Part shown: positions 7,770-15,821 of the stretch, piece after piece
Layout of the letters: each line of letters begins with the position of its first letter
Position numbering within the stretch: position 1 is the first letter of the stretch
Assembly: GCA_964534185.1 (NCBI GenBank)
Contig: CAZHOH010000001.1
Location: forward strand, 19,669 to 83,668
Source: Candidatus Woesearchaeota archaeon
GTDB taxonomy: Archaea; Nanobdellota; Nanobdellia; Pacearchaeales; GW2011-AR1
DNA length: 64,000 nt
Direction: 5' to 3'
Program-made: the position numbers and the translations under genes
Notes under the pieces: model-generated
What the model saw: only the letters and a program-made list of their open reading frames with translations
Told to the model about the DNA's origin: nothing
Databases searched by the model: none

Positions 7770-9614
7770 TCACTTCAAACTCAGGACGCCAACCTCCTGG
7801 CGCCCGGTGACGTACACGCCATTCTTCCCAGCGAAGAGATGGCAACCTTCATTCACGAACGGCTCCGTGTCGGGGAACTCCTTTTCCACCTCCAGTAAGC
7901 CGCCGTTGTTCCTGATCCGCCTCAAGCCCTCGTCAGAGGCGCTTAGCAGCATCTTGTCAAACGCCCACTTTCCCCTGATTCCGGATAGCCAGGGATGGTC
8001 GGCCTGGTCGGTCTGCTCCGTCGCCAGAACCTCGCCGTGGCGACTGACCACGTGGCATTCGTTGACCTTCCTCTTGCCCTGCTGCGTGCTCACGAAGAAC
8101 CAGCAGCAATGATCCCCGAAAAAGCAGGTCGAGTCTATCAGTTGGCCGCGAACCTTGACGTTGACGGAGTCGTTGATCTTTCCGTTGACGTCGAATACGA
8201 AGGCCACGCTCAACTGGCCGGCGCGATAGAAGCCCAGGCCGAACTCCGGGCCCACCCAGAAGAGGGTCTGGTTCCTCAGCACGTCGCCTATCCTCTTGTA
8301 TCCCAGTATATCATCACGATAGAGTACACCGTCCTGCAACCAGAACTTATCGCGCCCGTTGGCGTCGAATATGGGCAGGTTGCCGTAGAAGTCGACCGGC
8401 AACTGCTCCAACTTGCCATCCTTGTCCACGACCAGCGCCGGCTTCCCGGACATGCCAATGAGAGTCTGATTCCCGCAGATGCGAAAGCGCATCTGGTGAT
8501 GCGCGGACCCCTTGAGGACCTTTACTCCCCCTTCTCTCCAAAAATGTCCGTCTTCCCAATAGAGCCACCTCATCTGGCCATCCTGCATGGCGGCGAACAG
8601 GATGGTTCCCTTCGTGGAGAATATCTTCTTGTATTCCACGTTGCCCTTGACGACCTCCTTAACGAGCGGAACGACCTTCTGGCACTCCGGGCAGGACTTT
8701 CTCGCGTGCTCGAAGCCGCAGCCCGGGCAGACGCGCCACTGCGTGTTCAGCAACTGCAGCGGGAACGGACCCCGCGTGTCCTTCTCGAACACCTGGCGTA
8801 AGTAGTCCGCCAGGTCGTCCGGCAGGGACTTGAGGGGCCGCGCGGGCTTCGGGTACTTGACCTCCGAGTCAAATACCGTGATCCGGTGCAGGGGCCGCGC
8901 CGGGTGGGGCACCTTGCGCTTCTTGTCCTTGGGACGAAAAACCCCCCCGTATGGGTCAACGAACATCAGGGTCTGCATGACCATGACCGCGAAGGCGTAC
9001 CAGTCGGAGTCCTCGTTGTGGGGCCTGACCAGGACGGGCCTGTTCTGGCGCGCGTCGCACAGCAGGGGATCCACGAATCGCTCCGTGTAGACACGGCAGG
9101 GAAACGTCCTGAACTGCCAACTGTCAGCGTCGATGACGTAGGGCGTATCGCCTTTGACGAGGACGTTGAGGTCGTTGAAGTCACCAACCACCGCGTCCTT
9201 CTCGTGGATCGCCTCGACCACCTGGGCCAGTTTCTTCAGAATCCTGTTGACGACATTGTTGTTGACGCCATGCCGGAAGGACTTCTCTCCATAGCGGAGC
9301 AGAGGCTCTGCCCCCTCGACCATGTCCATCACGTAGCCAACGATCTTTCCTTTCCTGTCGGTCGCAACGTCCAGCGGGACGATGACGTTCGACGGCACCC
9401 CCCGGGGGAACTGGGTCAACTTCTGCTGGTGCTCCTCTATGCGAATCCTCGCGGCCTGGCGCTGGTCGACGGTCAGGTGGTCGGGATGGTTCTCTCCCTT
9501 GAAGACTTTGAGCGCGTGACCACCGGGGATCCGGTAGACGTCAGCTTCGCCGCCTTTGCCTATGCTATCGGTAGGAGCAACGCTTATGCGCTTGCTTCTG
9601 ACGTAGACTTGCAT
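7770..9614 (-). CDS. Ser/Thr protein kinase with Zn-ribbon and a repeat-rich C-terminal domain
   Basis: Motifs IGKGGEADVYRI...ALKVFK (Gly-loop and Lys), VVGDFNDLNVLV (catalytic loop) and VIDADSW (DFG-equivalent). These are followed by CPGCGFEHARKSCPEC and about 280 aa of beta-rich sequence. Confidence 0.75.
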   Translation of the reverse strand: MQVYVRSKRISVAPTDSIGKGGEADVYRIPGGHALKVFKGENHPDHLTVDQRQAARIRIEEHQQKLTQFPRGVPSNVIVPLDVATDRKGKIVGYVMDMVEGAEPLLRYGEKSFRHGVNNNVVNRILKKLAQVVEAIHEKDAVVGDFNDLNVLVKGDTPYVIDADSWQFRTFPCRVYTERFVDPLLCDARQNRPVLVRPHNEDSDWYAFAVMVMQTLMFVDPYGGVFRPKDKKRKVPHPARPLHRITVFDSEVKYPKPARPLKSLPDDLADYLRQVFEKDTRGPFPLQLLNTQWRVCPGCGFEHARKSCPECQKVVPLVKEVVKGNVEYKKIFSTKGTILFAAMQDGQMRWLYWEDGHFWREGGVKVLKGSAHHQMRFRICGNQTLIGMSGKPALVVDKDGKLEQLPVDFYGNLPIFDANGRDKFWLQDGVLYRDDILGYKRIGDVLRNQTLFWVGPEFGLGFYRAGQLSVAFVFDVNGKINDSVNVKVRGQLIDSTCFFGDHCCWFFVSTQQGKRKVNECHVVSRHGEVLATEQTDQADHPWLSGIRGKWAFDKMLLSASDEGLRRIRNNGGLLEVEKEFPDTEPFVNEGCHLFAGKNGVYVTGRQEVGVLSLK

Positions 9615-10408
9615 CTTCTCACCACCACTAGCGTCGTGTCGTCCGGCAGCAGGCCCTTCTGCTCTTCCAGAAGACGGTTCTCGTAATCCACCTTGCGCGA
9701 GTTCCTGTTGATCAGGCGCAGCCGTCGAGAGACGGCGAAGGAGTTCCTGAAGTAGCGGTCATCAGCCCAGAACTGGGAGAGAGCGCCAACCTCCTCGCTC
9801 TTCCCCGGGAGTCTCCGGCGCCTGAGTTCCGGGATGTTATCAACCCCGTCGGTCCCGACAAGAATGGACTCGATGTCCGCCGTCTTCCACTCCCAACGAT
9901 CGAAGGCGCTCCTGTCCCGCTGGTCCGGGTTCGTAACCGCGTATCCGATATAGGACGGCGCGTTGTTCTGGTCGATGGAATGAACGACGAGTCCCTCCGA
10001 CAAGGTGCAGCGGTTAATCAGGCCGTCCCCGCACGACAGCACGGTTGTCTTCTCGTCGTCCATGACCAGGACGATGGAGGTAAAGAGGAAGAAATCTGAG
10101 ACGGCACTCGAGAGGCTGTCACTGACCCATTCCGAGACCACGGACAACTTCGAGGCCACCTCCATGCGCAGCCTCTCCTGGTCGACGCGGCCCAGCCTCC
10201 TTTTCTGCGCCCATGCCGACATCACGAGCATGCGGGCCCCGAGCAGCGCGCCTGCCTCGCTATACCTCCCGCTGCCGCAGCCGTCGCACACGGCCGCGAC
10301 AATTAGGTTGTCGTCGGTCTTCCAGAAGTAGGAGTCTTGGTTGTTCCGGCCGGCCATCTCGTGATCGCGGCCCCTGACGCTCCCACCGGCAATTTGGAAT
10401 CCGTTCAC
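9584..10408 (-). CDS. PP2C-family protein phosphatase
   Basis: GTG start at 10408. Motifs RGRDHEMAGRNNQDSYF, AAVCDGCGSG, VGTDGV and DDTTLVVV. It overlaps the kinase start by 31 nt. Confidence 0.75.
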   Translation of the reverse strand: MNGFQIAGGSVRGRDHEMAGRNNQDSYFWKTDDNLIVAAVCDGCGSGRYSEAGALLGARMLVMSAWAQKRRLGRVDQERLRMEVASKLSVVSEWVSDSLSSAVSDFFLFTSIVLVMDDEKTTVLSCGDGLINRCTLSEGLVVHSIDQNNAPSYIGYAVTNPDQRDRSAFDRWEWKTADIESILVGTDGVDNIPELRRRRLPGKSEEVGALSQFWADDRYFRNSFAVSRRLRLINRNSRKVDYENRLLEEQKGLLPDDTTLVVVRRCKSTSEASA

Positions 10409-10504
10409 GGGTCAACTGCTTTCCTAAATGCGGCAACTCGTAGAAGTCACCAAGGATTGGGTTCTTGCCCGCAAGCGCACATGTACGTACGCTTTGACAA
10501 GAAC

Positions 10505-11506
10505 CTAAATGAACTCTACCCCCCGGGGGGACAGGCGAACGCGCCTTATCTTGATCGTCTCGCTCTCGTCAAGTTGCTCTTGCCAAGCATCCCGGGATAG
10601 GTCGATGGTTCTTTTGTCCTCGAAGAGGGCAGGCCCCGAAACCAACTCCAGAGGCACGTCTCCGATGAAGGCCCCCCAGGCCTCCAGCGGCTCGCTCTCC
10701 TCCATTAGTTGGAGCGCGCGGCGGAAGGCTGGCATCAGGCGGGCAATGTAAAACGCCCGGTGAACACCATGTTCGCTGTCGTCCGCAATCATATCCTGCC
10801 AACACACGTCCAGCGTATGTTTGTGTATGCGCAAGAGACAGTCATCCAGCTCTCCCTTGGGCAGGACAGCCGGGGTTGCAACGTTCTCCTGTTCCCGGAG
10901 AACCTTCCACTCCTTGATGATGCGGACGATGGGGTCGCTCGGGGGCTGCTTCTCAAGGTCTTCCTCCATCCACCCTTCATGCGTTGTGGCAAGGTGGTAG
11001 AACTCCTCCATGCTGCAGACGTCACATTCGGACGACTGACGGAGCGCGTCGAACAAGATGTCTCGCATGCGGCTGACGTTGGCGCAGCAGGCGGGCAGGA
11101 TCTTGCTCTCGCATCCGCAAATATCGACCCATGTTATGGCGGCAAGTTGGATGCTGACGGCCCTGAGTTGGCCCTCAAAGTCATGGTCATATATCGGTTT
11201 CAATACGGATTCGTGACGGCTCTCATCTACCTTCAATGCGACGCGCGCATCCATGTTGCGCATGGCCTCGTCGGTTTTGCGCTGCGCGGCCTGGACAGCC
11301 TGGTCTCCCATCTCCTCTACGGTGCGCCGCCCCTTGAAGGTCGCCCGGATCTCGTAGGTCACCCGAACCGCCTCGGCATAGCCGTGGTCCATCAGCCACT
11401 TCAGATCCTCCCACTCGGGATGGCTGCGCTCGGCATTTAACTGCTGCTCGTGAACCAGCCTCCGCAGGGTCGACAGACGTTGCTTCTTCTTCTCAACCAT
11501 GGACAT
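10505..11506 (-). CDS. hypothetical protein (333 aa)
   Basis: ATG at 11506 with AGGAGAA upstream. No motif recognised. Confidence 0.6.
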   Translation of the reverse strand: MSMVEKKKQRLSTLRRLVHEQQLNAERSHPEWEDLKWLMDHGYAEAVRVTYEIRATFKGRRTVEEMGDQAVQAAQRKTDEAMRNMDARVALKVDESRHESVLKPIYDHDFEGQLRAVSIQLAAITWVDICGCESKILPACCANVSRMRDILFDALRQSSECDVCSMEEFYHLATTHEGWMEEDLEKQPPSDPIVRIIKEWKVLREQENVATPAVLPKGELDDCLLRIHKHTLDVCWQDMIADDSEHGVHRAFYIARLMPAFRRALQLMEESEPLEAWGAFIGDVPLELVSGPALFEDKRTIDLSRDAWQEQLDESETIKIRRVRLSPRGVEFI

Positions 11507-11559
11507 TGCGGTTCTCCTAGGCCAACTGGGGCTGTCATGCCTCGCGCTTGACTGTGTTC

Positions 11560-11588
11560 AATATAGACCCCACGGAGATCAAAGGCAA
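11560..11588 (-). promoter_or_regulatory. candidate sigma70-type promoter (-35 TTGCCT, 17-nt spacer, -10 TATATT)
   Basis: Read on the minus strand: the -10 is at 11565-11560 and the -35 at 11588-11583. It sits about 55 nt upstream of ATG 11506. Confidence 0.35.
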
Positions 11589-11664
11589 GTTGGTCTGTAC
11601 AACGAGTCCATGAGGCGCCCTATGACAGCCCGCATTGTCCGCAATCCCAGCTTCAACGTACGAT

Positions 11665-12411
11665 TCACTCAAGGTTTTGATCATCCTGTTGCGGCAGCGG
11701 CAGTGGGCCAGGCGTATATTCAGCCTCGTCATGTTCTCGTCCGCAACAGGCGCACCAGTATGATCCATCGGCAGGGTCAAGATCGATCTGCCCACACTCA
11801 GGACAGCAAGTCGGGACACCACACCAGTCCGTCAGTTCCTCCAGTTCATATTCTCGGCCTATTTCGTCGTAGGCCCTGAATTTCTCGGGCACATGGCAGG
11901 TCCGCTTGACCCGTACAATCCCGTAGTGCCCTCGCCACAACGCGTGGCGCGCAGCATACAGCCCCTCGCATCGTGGCTGATGCTTCATGGGCTCCCATAT
12001 TTCGTCTGCTATCAAATTGCCTGCTTTCTCAAACTCGCCGTCTCGGTTTGCTTCAGCGTCTTGGTTGATTTCCTTGTCGAAAATCATTATGGCATCGACT
12101 TTCCCAGAGACGCATTGCGCCGAGCAGTTCAGGCCTATCCCCTGCGACAAGGCCACTCCCAGCATCGCGGTGTGTTGGCGTTCAGAGGTCTTGATGTGCT
12201 TCGCGGGGGCGTAAACGTATATACATACCTCACACTCAAGATCCTCGAAATTTACAAAGATCTTCTGTGGCCACAAGTTGTTAATGGCCCACTTGCGACA
12301 GACATCTCGCAAGACATTTAGTCTCCTCATCCACTTCCGATCAGCATCCTCATGCCTATGTCTCTTCTGGTACTCTTCCAGCAACTGCAAGATTTCGTTA
12401 GCGTCAGTCAT
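11665..12411 (-). CDS. hypothetical protein with C-terminal zinc ribbon
   Basis: 248 aa with ATG at 12411. It carries CPECGQ...CACCG near the C-terminus. Confidence 0.55.
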   Translation of the reverse strand: MTDANEILQLLEEYQKRHRHEDADRKWMRRLNVLRDVCRKWAINNLWPQKIFVNFEDLECEVCIYVYAPAKHIKTSERQHTAMLGVALSQGIGLNCSAQCVSGKVDAIMIFDKEINQDAEANRDGEFEKAGNLIADEIWEPMKHQPRCEGLYAARHALWRGHYGIVRVKRTCHVPEKFRAYDEIGREYELEELTDWCGVPTCCPECGQIDLDPADGSYWCACCGREHDEAEYTPGPLPLPQQDDQNLE

Positions 12412-12827
12412 TTATTGTCCTTGTAGAGCGGTATGCCATCGGAGCACGCCCCGTCATATTTCTCGGCACAAGACGAACAAACGTCTGCCTCGTAAACCGT
12501 GCCCCAGCAGTTCCAATCTATCCTGCGCTCGGCCACCGCTCCGCAGCAATGACACTTCAAGTCGAGATCCCACTTTCTCTTCGGTACGTAGGAGTGCCAC
12601 ATGAGTCCGTACCTGATGTCAAGGTAGGCCTTGTTCTCCTCTTCTTTCAGGTGCTCCTTGGTGGAACTGGCCGCCGAGAAGAAGTCTGTCGCCTCGACCT
12701 TCCCACGGGCACGACCCAACTTCCAAGCCGCCTCCAGGGCTCTCGCTATAGCCACGGACGAGTCGTCAAGGCCAAACCTCTTTAGCACCATCGGTATTTC
12801 GCGGAATTCCAAGCAATCTAGTTGCAT
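12408..12827 (-). CDS. hypothetical Cys-rich protein (139 aa)
   Basis: ATG at 12827 with AAGGAGG 8 nt upstream. ATGA overlap with the next gene. CHCCG...CSSC cluster. Confidence 0.55.
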   Translation of the reverse strand: MQLDCLEFREIPMVLKRFGLDDSSVAIARALEAAWKLGRARGKVEATDFFSAASSTKEHLKEEENKAYLDIRYGLMWHSYVPKRKWDLDLKCHCCGAVAERRIDWNCWGTVYEADVCSSCAEKYDGACSDGIPLYKDNK

Positions 12828-12927
12828 AATTCATGCCTCCTTACCTATATTATAGCGCGCCTTTTGAAAACAAGAAAGGGCCTCGAACGTTGTATAATTA
12901 AGACGGAGAGTATTAAGGAGTACAACA
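12828..12927. promoter_or_regulatory. divergent promoter region
   Basis: A 100-nt AT-richer gap between divergent gene blocks. TATAAT on the plus strand at 12893-12898. TATAAT on the minus strand at 12854-12849. The -35 elements are weak. Confidence 0.35.
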
Positions 12928-13188
12928 GTGAGTGACACGACGGACAAGAGTTTTCACGACGCGGGGCCGCTCATGCGGCCTCAGGTAAAGACCGACGGCG
13001 GCCCCTGGGCCACCCACAACATGCCCTGCTGCATTCATGCCGATTCGCACGCTGTATACGATCTTGGCACGGGCATATTCCACCCCTCCTGGAAGGCCCA
13101 GAAAGAGGGATGGGCCTTGGTGAAACTGCCCGGCTGGGCATGCTGGCTTCTCAAGAAGTACCGCATGCGGAACGGACCGCCTCGATAG
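12928..13188 (+). CDS. hypothetical protein (86 aa)
   Basis: GTG start at 12928 with AAGGAG 7 nt upstream. Confidence 0.45.
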   Translation: MSDTTDKSFHDAGPLMRPQVKTDGGPWATHNMPCCIHADSHAVYDLGTGIFHPSWKAQKEGWALVKLPGWACWLLKKYRMRNGPPR

Positions 13189-13288
13189 GGTCCGCGCGCC
13201 TTGGAAAGTTACTTGGGTCCGCGCCGGAGCACGGCGGCGTGACACTAAGTAAAAAAGACAGACTTTTGTCTTGACCAAGGAGCGCGCT

Positions 13289-13933
13289 ATGAGTAACCTG
13301 ACTTTCCGCTACCCCGACGACCCCGCACGGATGCCGGCGGACCAACTCCCCAGACTGGAGAGAATGAGTCCGGGTCTATGGTGGGGGTTTACAAAGGGTG
13401 ACGGATGGCGACGGCCTGCCTACTGCGAAGGGAGTGGAGTCTGGACGTTCCACTCGAAGCGCGGTGACGGAATCGAGGCCCGCAAGTCCCCTCCCAAGGG
13501 GCTAGTCGAACTTTTCTCCGCGATGGATTGGCCTGAAGGTATCGCCATCGACATGGAGTGGATGGGGCCCCGGCTACGGGAACATTTCCCAACCGAAGAC
13601 GACCACGAGTTCTGGATCTTCGACATGACCTACTGCGCGTGGAAATGGCAGGGAAAGACACCCTTTGCAAAAAGGTGGGTGCACCTGTCAGAAATCTTCC
13701 ACGACGCGGCCCGCGGCAAACCCGAGAACTTCCCCCGGGTGAGGCTGCTGGCGCCCTACAAGGAGAACCTGGCGCAGGCGTTCGAGCAGGAACAAGCAAA
13801 CCCCCTGTCCGAGGGCCTGGTTCTGCGGCACGTCCGAGGGCACCTCGTTGGCGACCTCAACGGACCCAGGAAGAATCCGGGCGCCATGAAGAAAGTAAAG
13901 TACCGGAACGCGAAAGAGAAGACTGCATTCTAA
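13289..13933 (+). CDS. minimal ATP-dependent ligase-like nucleotidyltransferase (no OB domain evident)
   Basis: Trimmed to ATG 13289, which has AAGGAG upstream. Covalent nucleotidyltransferase motifs: I TKGDGWR (KxDGxR), III IAIDMEWMG, IIIa FWIFDM, IV EGLVLRH, V AMKKVKYR. Confidence 0.55.
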   Translation: MSNLTFRYPDDPARMPADQLPRLERMSPGLWWGFTKGDGWRRPAYCEGSGVWTFHSKRGDGIEARKSPPKGLVELFSAMDWPEGIAIDMEWMGPRLREHFPTEDDHEFWIFDMTYCAWKWQGKTPFAKRWVHLSEIFHDAARGKPENFPRVRLLAPYKENLAQAFEQEQANPLSEGLVLRHVRGHLVGDLNGPRKNPGAMKKVKYRNAKEKTAF

Positions 13934-13949
13934 TTATGATTCCGAGTTG

Positions 13950-13970
13950 CTCCCGGGTTTTGCCCGGGAG
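13950..13970 (+). other. hairpin between the ligase-like and sigma genes
   Basis: CTCCCGGG-TTTTG-CCCGGGAG: an 8-bp stem and 5-nt loop. No T-tract follows, so its function is unknown. Confidence 0.3.
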
Positions 13971-13997
13971 ATGATTGAAAGAAAAAGGAGGATGACC

Positions 13998-14873
13998 ATG
14001 GGCAGAGGCAACGAGAAGGACGATATTCGCTTGTATCTCGAGCAAGCAGGGGAGTATGAATTGCTTACGCGCGATGAGGAGATGCGTCTCGCGAGGGCCT
14101 GGCGTGAGAACCATGACGAGACAGCACGAGAGAAACTTGGCTTGCATAACCTGCGTCTTGTCGTGAGCATCGCCGTCAAGTACACGTGCTCCTTCATGTC
14201 TCTCATGGACTTCATCCAGGAGGGCAACATCGGGCTGATGAAGGCGATCGACAAGTTCGACCCAGACAGGGGAAACAGGCTCTCCACCGTCGCTACTTGG
14301 TGGATATGGCAGTCGATCGGTCGCGCGGTAAGCGAGAAAGGCGGCAACGTAATCCGGCTCCCCGTCAATACGAGGAACATCCTGCACAAGTTCAGCAAGA
14401 CCAAGTCGGAACTCGCCCACAGTCTCATGCGCGACCCGGAAGACGAGGATGTCATCGAGGCGATGGACCTGTCGGAGCCCCAGGAGGCGTGCCTGAGGAA
14501 CGCTTTGGCTTCCAGGGTCGTCTCCGTGGAGGACGAAGAGAGTAGCTGCGGGATCGAGAACCTCTTCGGAGAGCTCGAGGAGAACATCTCTGAGTTCGAT
14601 GACTACCGGGTAAGGGACGCCATCAGCATTGCGCTTAACAGCAAGGAGCGCATGATCATCAGCCTCCGCTACGGGCTAGACGACGGCAAGCAACGCACGC
14701 TCGATACGGTGGGCCAAGAGCTCGAGCTGACGAGGGAGCGCGTCCGCCAGATCGAAAGCCAGGCCCTGGACAAATTGTCGCTCTTCCTGTCAGGGTCGCT
14801 TATTTATTTAAATCCACGCCACTCGGGCAAATCCGGCTTGCAGCAGGACTGCAAATCAGGAGTTGACTGCTGA
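13998..14873 (+). CDS. sigma-70 family RNA polymerase sigma factor
   Basis: Trimmed to ATG 13998, which has AAGGAGG upstream. Region 2 motifs NLRLVVSIAVKY and DFIQEGNIGLMKAIDKFDPDRGNRLSTVATWWIWQSI. Region 4 motif RTLDTVGQELELTRERVRQIESQAL. Confidence 0.85.
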   Translation: MGRGNEKDDIRLYLEQAGEYELLTRDEEMRLARAWRENHDETAREKLGLHNLRLVVSIAVKYTCSFMSLMDFIQEGNIGLMKAIDKFDPDRGNRLSTVATWWIWQSIGRAVSEKGGNVIRLPVNTRNILHKFSKTKSELAHSLMRDPEDEDVIEAMDLSEPQEACLRNALASRVVSVEDEESSCGIENLFGELEENISEFDDYRVRDAISIALNSKERMIISLRYGLDDGKQRTLDTVGQELELTRERVRQIESQALDKLSLFLSGSLIYLNPRHSGKSGLQQDCKSGVDC

Positions 14874-14874
14874 C

Positions 14875-15144
14875 CTAGCGGCCGCCCGCTAGCGACTGTA
14901 ACCAATTCTCCGTACCTATATTCACGCGACCACTCCAAAGGACCTCATCAAGGTCCTGATCAGCCACCTCTATATCCCAAGCTACCCGATCAGTCGATTG
15001 ATGGCCGGTGAGGACAATATTATCATCAGTCACCTGCCACATCTGCGGAATACCACTGCGATCCACTTCAAATGCAGTTGCCTTCCAAGGTCCACCAGAA
15101 GCCAACATCTGCACAACCGTAGGGCCGGTTGGATCCTCAGGCAA
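14875..15144 (-). CDS. hypothetical protein (89 aa)
   Basis: ORF with a TTG start at 15144. An internal ATG at 15108 is possible. It is convergent with the sigma gene. Confidence 0.35.
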   Translation of the reverse strand: MPEDPTGPTVVQMLASGGPWKATAFEVDRSGIPQMWQVTDDNIVLTGHQSTDRVAWDIEVADQDLDEVLWSGRVNIGTENWLQSLAGGR

Positions 15145-15169
15145 ATTATCAGCAATCCTATCGATTTCA

Positions 15170-15682
15170 TTAATCCGTCTTCGCCCCTTTAGGTACCCAT
15201 TCTACGAAGTCAGCGCAAATTTGATAAAATTCCTGACCCTCCTCATCAGGATGGTGGAACGACAATATCTGTATCCCCCGATACAGCCGTGTAGATTCTA
15301 CTGTGAGAAGCCTCCCCTTCAACTCCTCACCCCTTTTCCTGGCCCATTCCTTTTCTTCCTTCGTAGCCCTATCATCCCCTTTGGGCCAAGTCACTATCCT
15401 GAAGAAATCGCCCTTCTTGAATCTGTGAGACATCCTCAATCCTGCAGAGCCAATCTTGCCTCCTCCATGCCCCTTTTTTCCGGACTGCTTATCAAGATAC
15501 AACATCTTAGGAACAACCACCGAAGTATACTCACGTACAGTGTCCTCATCTGGCGAGAACTCACGATCATCTGGATCACAATAAACACGACAATAAGCCA
15601 AAAACCGCGCCTGCAGCTCATCATCAGTCTGCACATAATAAAAAGCGTCCTCACCACTATTCATCATAACCTGGATCAACAT
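15170..15682 (-). CDS. hypothetical protein (170 aa)
   Basis: Trimmed to ATG 15682, which has AAGGAG upstream. Confidence 0.55.
   Translation of the reverse strand: MLIQVMMNSGEDAFYYVQTDDELQARFLAYCRVYCDPDDREFSPDEDTVREYTSVVVPKMLYLDKQSGKKGHGGGKIGSAGLRMSHRFKKGDFFRIVTWPKGDDRATKEEKEWARKRGEELKGRLLTVESTRLYRGIQILSFHHPDEEGQEFYQICADFVEWVPKGAKTD
15455..15487. repeat. 33-bp direct repeat, copy 1 (inside the CDS)
   Basis: CTTGCCTCCTCCATGCCCCTTTTTTCCGGACTG. It matches 31 of 33 positions of copy 2 at 15708-15740. Confidence 0.8.
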
Positions 15683-15707
15683 AATTCTCTCCTTCCTTGC
15701 CCCTGGT

Positions 15708-15740
15708 CTTGCCTCCTCCACGCCCCTTTTTTCCGGGCTG
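15708..15740. repeat. 33-bp direct repeat, copy 2 (upstream of the same CDS)
   Basis: CTTGCCTCCTCCACGCCCCTTTTTTCCGGGCTG, located 26-58 nt upstream of ATG 15682. Confidence 0.8.
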
Positions 15741-15821
15741 GTGGGCGCAGTCCGGACTTAATAAAGACCTCCAAAGACCTCCTCCAAGACCTACCACCGG
15801 TTGCATATTAAAATGCATACT

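Noticed and set aside
6742-8112. Long antisense or out-of-frame ORFs: 6742..8112, 16011..17126, 31037..31840, 34264..35019, 34590..35684, 45232..45792 and similar
   Set aside because: These have Arg/Pro/Gly/Leu-rich translations opposite to, or out of frame with, genes that have clear family motifs. Such ORFs are expected from high GC content.
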